Below are positions 60,950-64,000 of a stretch of DNA of 64,000 bases, piece after piece; positions within the stretch are counted from its first letter, which is position 1, and the number at the start of each line of letters is the position of its first letter. Source of the stretch: Podarcis erhardii (lineage: Eukaryota); NCBI GenBank assembly GCA_964252035.1, contig OZ176201.1; one strand, written 5' to 3'. The notes beneath the pieces were generated by a model. It saw only the letters and a list, made by a program, of their open reading frames with translations. It did not search any database and had not been told where the DNA came from. The translations under genes and the position numbers were made by a program.

Positions 60950-61475
60950 AACCATAGAAATCATCTGGTCCAACCCTCTGCAATGCAGGAATCTCTGTAA
61001 AGCATCTATGACATATGACCATCCAACCTTTGCTTAAAAACTCTCCAATGAAGAAGAGTCCACCACCTTCTGAGGGAGTCTGTTCCACTGTTGAACAGCT
61101 CTGTCAGAAAGTTCCTCCTGATGTTTAGTCAGAATCTCCTTTCTTGTAACTTGAAGCCATTGGTTCAGGACTGCAGCTCAAGAAAACAAGCTTGCTCCAT
61201 CTTCTATGTCACTGCCCTTTAGGTATTTGAAGATGACTTTCATATCTCCTCTCAGTCTCCTCTATCCTAGGCTAAACATATCCAATTCCCTCTACTGTTC
61301 CTCATAAGACTTGGTTTCCAGACCCTTCATCATCTTGGTCACCCTCTGTACACATTCCAGCTTGTCAATATCTTTCTTAAACTGTGGTGCCTAGAACTGG
61401 ACACAGTACTCCAGGTGTGGTCTGACCAAGGCAGAACAAAGCGGTACTATTACTTACTTTGATCTGGACACTATG
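60950..61475 (-). mobile_element. CR1 3' fragment (older copy)
   Basis: Reverse complement of the same CR1 region as 11110-11639 (GGACACAGTACTCCAGGTGTGGTCTGACC; CTGGTCCAACCCTCTGCAATGCAGGAA), with indels. Confidence 0.9.
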
Positions 61476-61679
61476 TCCGGATGTATGCCTTTCCTTCCAG
61501 TGTATAGTTGGGCCAGCTTGCTATAGACATCTGTCTATAGGCATCTATCTATATTTCTGTAGAAACCTTTTGTGCACAGATACAGGCCTCCCCTGTAGGC
61601 TTCTGCTACCGGGGGGGGGGGAGCAGAACCTCAGGTACTTGAGTACTTTCAATGCTTTTCAATATTATTTGAAAGGCTG

Positions 61680-61822
61680 CCCCCCCCCCCGGCTACTCCC
61701 ATGCATATCCTCCAACATTTATCAAATGAAAATAGGGACATCCTTACAAAAAGCAGGACATTCTGGATCAAATCAGAAATCCAGGGCTGTCCCTGGAAAA
61801 TAGGGACACTTGGGGGGTCTGG
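61680..61822. mobile_element. hAT-like MITE fragment, same family as 17370-17510
   Basis: GAAAATAGGGACATCC...CTGTCCCTGGAAAATAGGGACACTTGGGGGGTCTG. Confidence 0.65.
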
Positions 61823-62504
61823 ACTAGCCTTTATACTGTCATGTGCCTTCAGGCCATTTCCCCCCCAGGAAAAGGTCTGAAGGTACAAGAAACACACTGC
61901 CACACATTTGCTGAAGCAAAGCAGGTCTGGGCATTGGTCAGTGGCTGGGTGGGTGACCCTCTGAGAATCACGTGTATGCCACCTTAGGTTCCATGACAGA
62001 AGAACAGTGTGATATAAATGTAATGAAAGAAATGGTTTGAATACCTCCACTCCCTTCTACCTCTGTGAGTTTGTGATTAAAAATGCTGGCAGTTCCTGTC
62101 AGGAAGGAAGCGGTTAACTTCAAGCATGTCATGAACATGGTGTGAGAAAGCCACTGAGGAGAAAACACCAAGTTTTATCTTGCCTCTCCACATTGCAGTC
62201 CCCAGTATCGGAATATTGGAGACTGAGGAGCCAGTGTTGCATGTGCCTTCCCCGTACCGCTTCAGTAATGTCAGAAGCAGCAACTTCAAACATGAAGTCA
62301 GCCTGACACATGTGCATGTCCAGGTCTATTCCAAGGTTGAACTCACTGTGCATATGGACTGGAAGCAGGGGCTGCCATCACAATCCTGCTCCTTCCCCCA
62401 GTTATTCAAAGCCTGAATGTCTGAAAGGGGCCTAATTCTTATGGCCACTTGTCATGCATCCACACAACATCTGCGCGGGGAATTTATTTTTGAGGGACAT
62501 TGTG

Positions 62505-62807
62505 GCCCCCATCTGCACTATTCCTTTAAAGCAGTATCATGGCTTCCACCAAAGAATCCTGAGAGCTGTAGTTTATTAAGGGTACAAAGAGGTGTTAGGA
62601 GACCCCTATTCCCCCTCACAGAACAACAATTCCCAGAGTTCCCTGGGATTGTTTGTTTAACCACTCTGGAAATTGTTGCTCTGAGGGGAATAGGGGTTGC
62701 CTAACGCCTCTCAGCACCGTTAAGAAACTACATTTCCCAGGATTCTTTGGGGGATGCCATGGCTGTTTAAAGTGGTATGATACTGCTTTAAAATGTATAG
62801 TGCAGAT
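62505..62807. mobile_element. Palindromic Harbinger-like MITE
   Basis: Termini ATCTGCACTA / TAGTGCAGAT and nested inverted repeats (CCCTATTCCCCCTCACAG / CTGAGGGGAATAGGGG); related piece near 38680-38840. Confidence 0.7.
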
Positions 62808-63739
62808 TACATTCATACACTATAGATTATAGTGCTACATTTAGCATTCCTTCTAGCATACTGGACAGGTGAGTGCATAGCATGCCTTCAGCTGAACCTT
62901 TGTTTTGCAAATAGCAGTATGAACAGACATTGGAACAAAGAGCAGGAATGGCAATTGTCGTAGGCAGTTGGAGTATGATATAAGTAAGATGCAATCAAGG
63001 ACAAGGAGAAATGGAAGAGCCATCCATGTCTGGAACATGTCTTGAATGGGGTTACCACCTCCACTTATGTTGGGAGTGGAAAGAAAGCGCAAGACTTGCT
63101 GCTGCTTTTTTGCATATGCAAAGTTAAACAAACAAATCCCTATGGTCTAAATGCTAGGCATAATAAAAAGGCTGAGTGGCAAACGCCCAAGCAAAATGGG
63201 TTGATTTTAACTGTCATAGGCATGGGGGCAACACAAATGATTTGCTCAGATGAGCCATTCACACCCCACCACTAGTGCGGTTATTAGGTGCTGGGATATC
63301 AAAGATCGTTCCAGTATTTATAGCAAGCAGTTTTAACCTGACACACTCCTCCTGCTCATGACTAATTCATTCTGAAAAGAGGTACCTGTCCAGCTCACTT
63401 AGAGTGCCTGTGCTAAGAACCTGCTGCAGCACATTATGTTTGAGTTAAGGTGTCCTTAGGATTATGCCTCTTAATCATAGTGAGATTTCACCTTAGGCAG
63501 GTGAACAGCATCACACAGCTGACAAAGAAATTAAAAGCAGTAACTCACTGGGCAGGGGGAGATAGGAGAACATAAAGAAACAGGCTGTTTGAAAGTGTTT
63601 CGGGGCTCTGTTTGGAGGCAGAAAACCTTATTACTGCTAACTGGGGGTTGAAGTGGTGATGCCCAGGAGGTTCTCAGGTGACTCTTAAAATTTACTTATT
63701 TTGACAATTTGTATACTGCTTAATTACACGGAGTCATGT

Positions 63740-63930
63740 GCGAGGGATAGGCCACAGGTGGAGGTTTCTTCCCCTTCCTTATCAAAAGTATGCTATGTCA
63801 CAGCTATGGAGACGGCGTTTTTCTGTGGTGGCTCCTCGGTCATGGAATACCATCACTAAAAAGGTGCACTAGGCAGCCTTCCCTACTATTTTTTCAGTGC
63901 TAAGACACTTTGTTCTTTCAGGTGTTTGAA
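63740..63930 (+). mobile_element. Old L2 3' fragment
   Basis: GGCGTTTTTCTGTGGTGGCTCCTCGGTCATGGAATACC resembles the L2 3' motif. Confidence 0.6.
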
Positions 63931-64000
63931 TTTGTGCACCACCTTAGTCTGGTGCATTTTTTTTTTTTAGCTGCTGAGTCATGTTATTGTTAATGCTGCG

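Noticed and set aside
1-64000. CRISPR arrays, operons, rRNA or other prokaryotic systems
   Set aside because: No regularly spaced repeat-spacer arrays or rRNA similarity; the sequence is vertebrate non-coding DNA.

Overview
Vertebrate nuclear DNA, almost certainly from a squamate reptile and probably a lacertid-type lizard. This is inferred from the co-occurrence of Bov-B with a (CAA)n tail, young CR1 and L2, squamate-type L1, RTE, tRNA-derived SINEs and abundant hAT, Harbinger and Tc1-mariner MITEs. I recognise no host protein-coding gene. The window looks like a large intron or intergenic interval: many TE fragments separated by unique, motif-rich blocks that may be enhancers. The only long ORF (20840-23303, minus) is the RT plus C-terminal part of ORF2 in a very young 5'-truncated L1 with a perfect 18-bp TSD. 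The most notable observations are: (1) two solo LTRs of one TGTCA...TGACA family whose broken frames complement each other to give a roughly 135-150 aa acidic/Trp-rich then Ser-Pro/Arg-rich ORF starting at LTR nucleotide 5; (2) an RTE insertion made of three rearranged pieces inside one 11-bp TSD (twin-priming-like plus an extra endonuclease fragment); (3) a hAT MITE carrying a 50-bp copy of sequence lying about 0.85 kb upstream; (4) an unexplained 25-bp-stem hairpin of pre-miRNA size; (5) a SINE/hAT/Bov-B triple nest. Family names come from pattern recognition, not database searches. No conservation data were available, so all regulatory calls are candidates only. There is one assembly gap (15033-15173).
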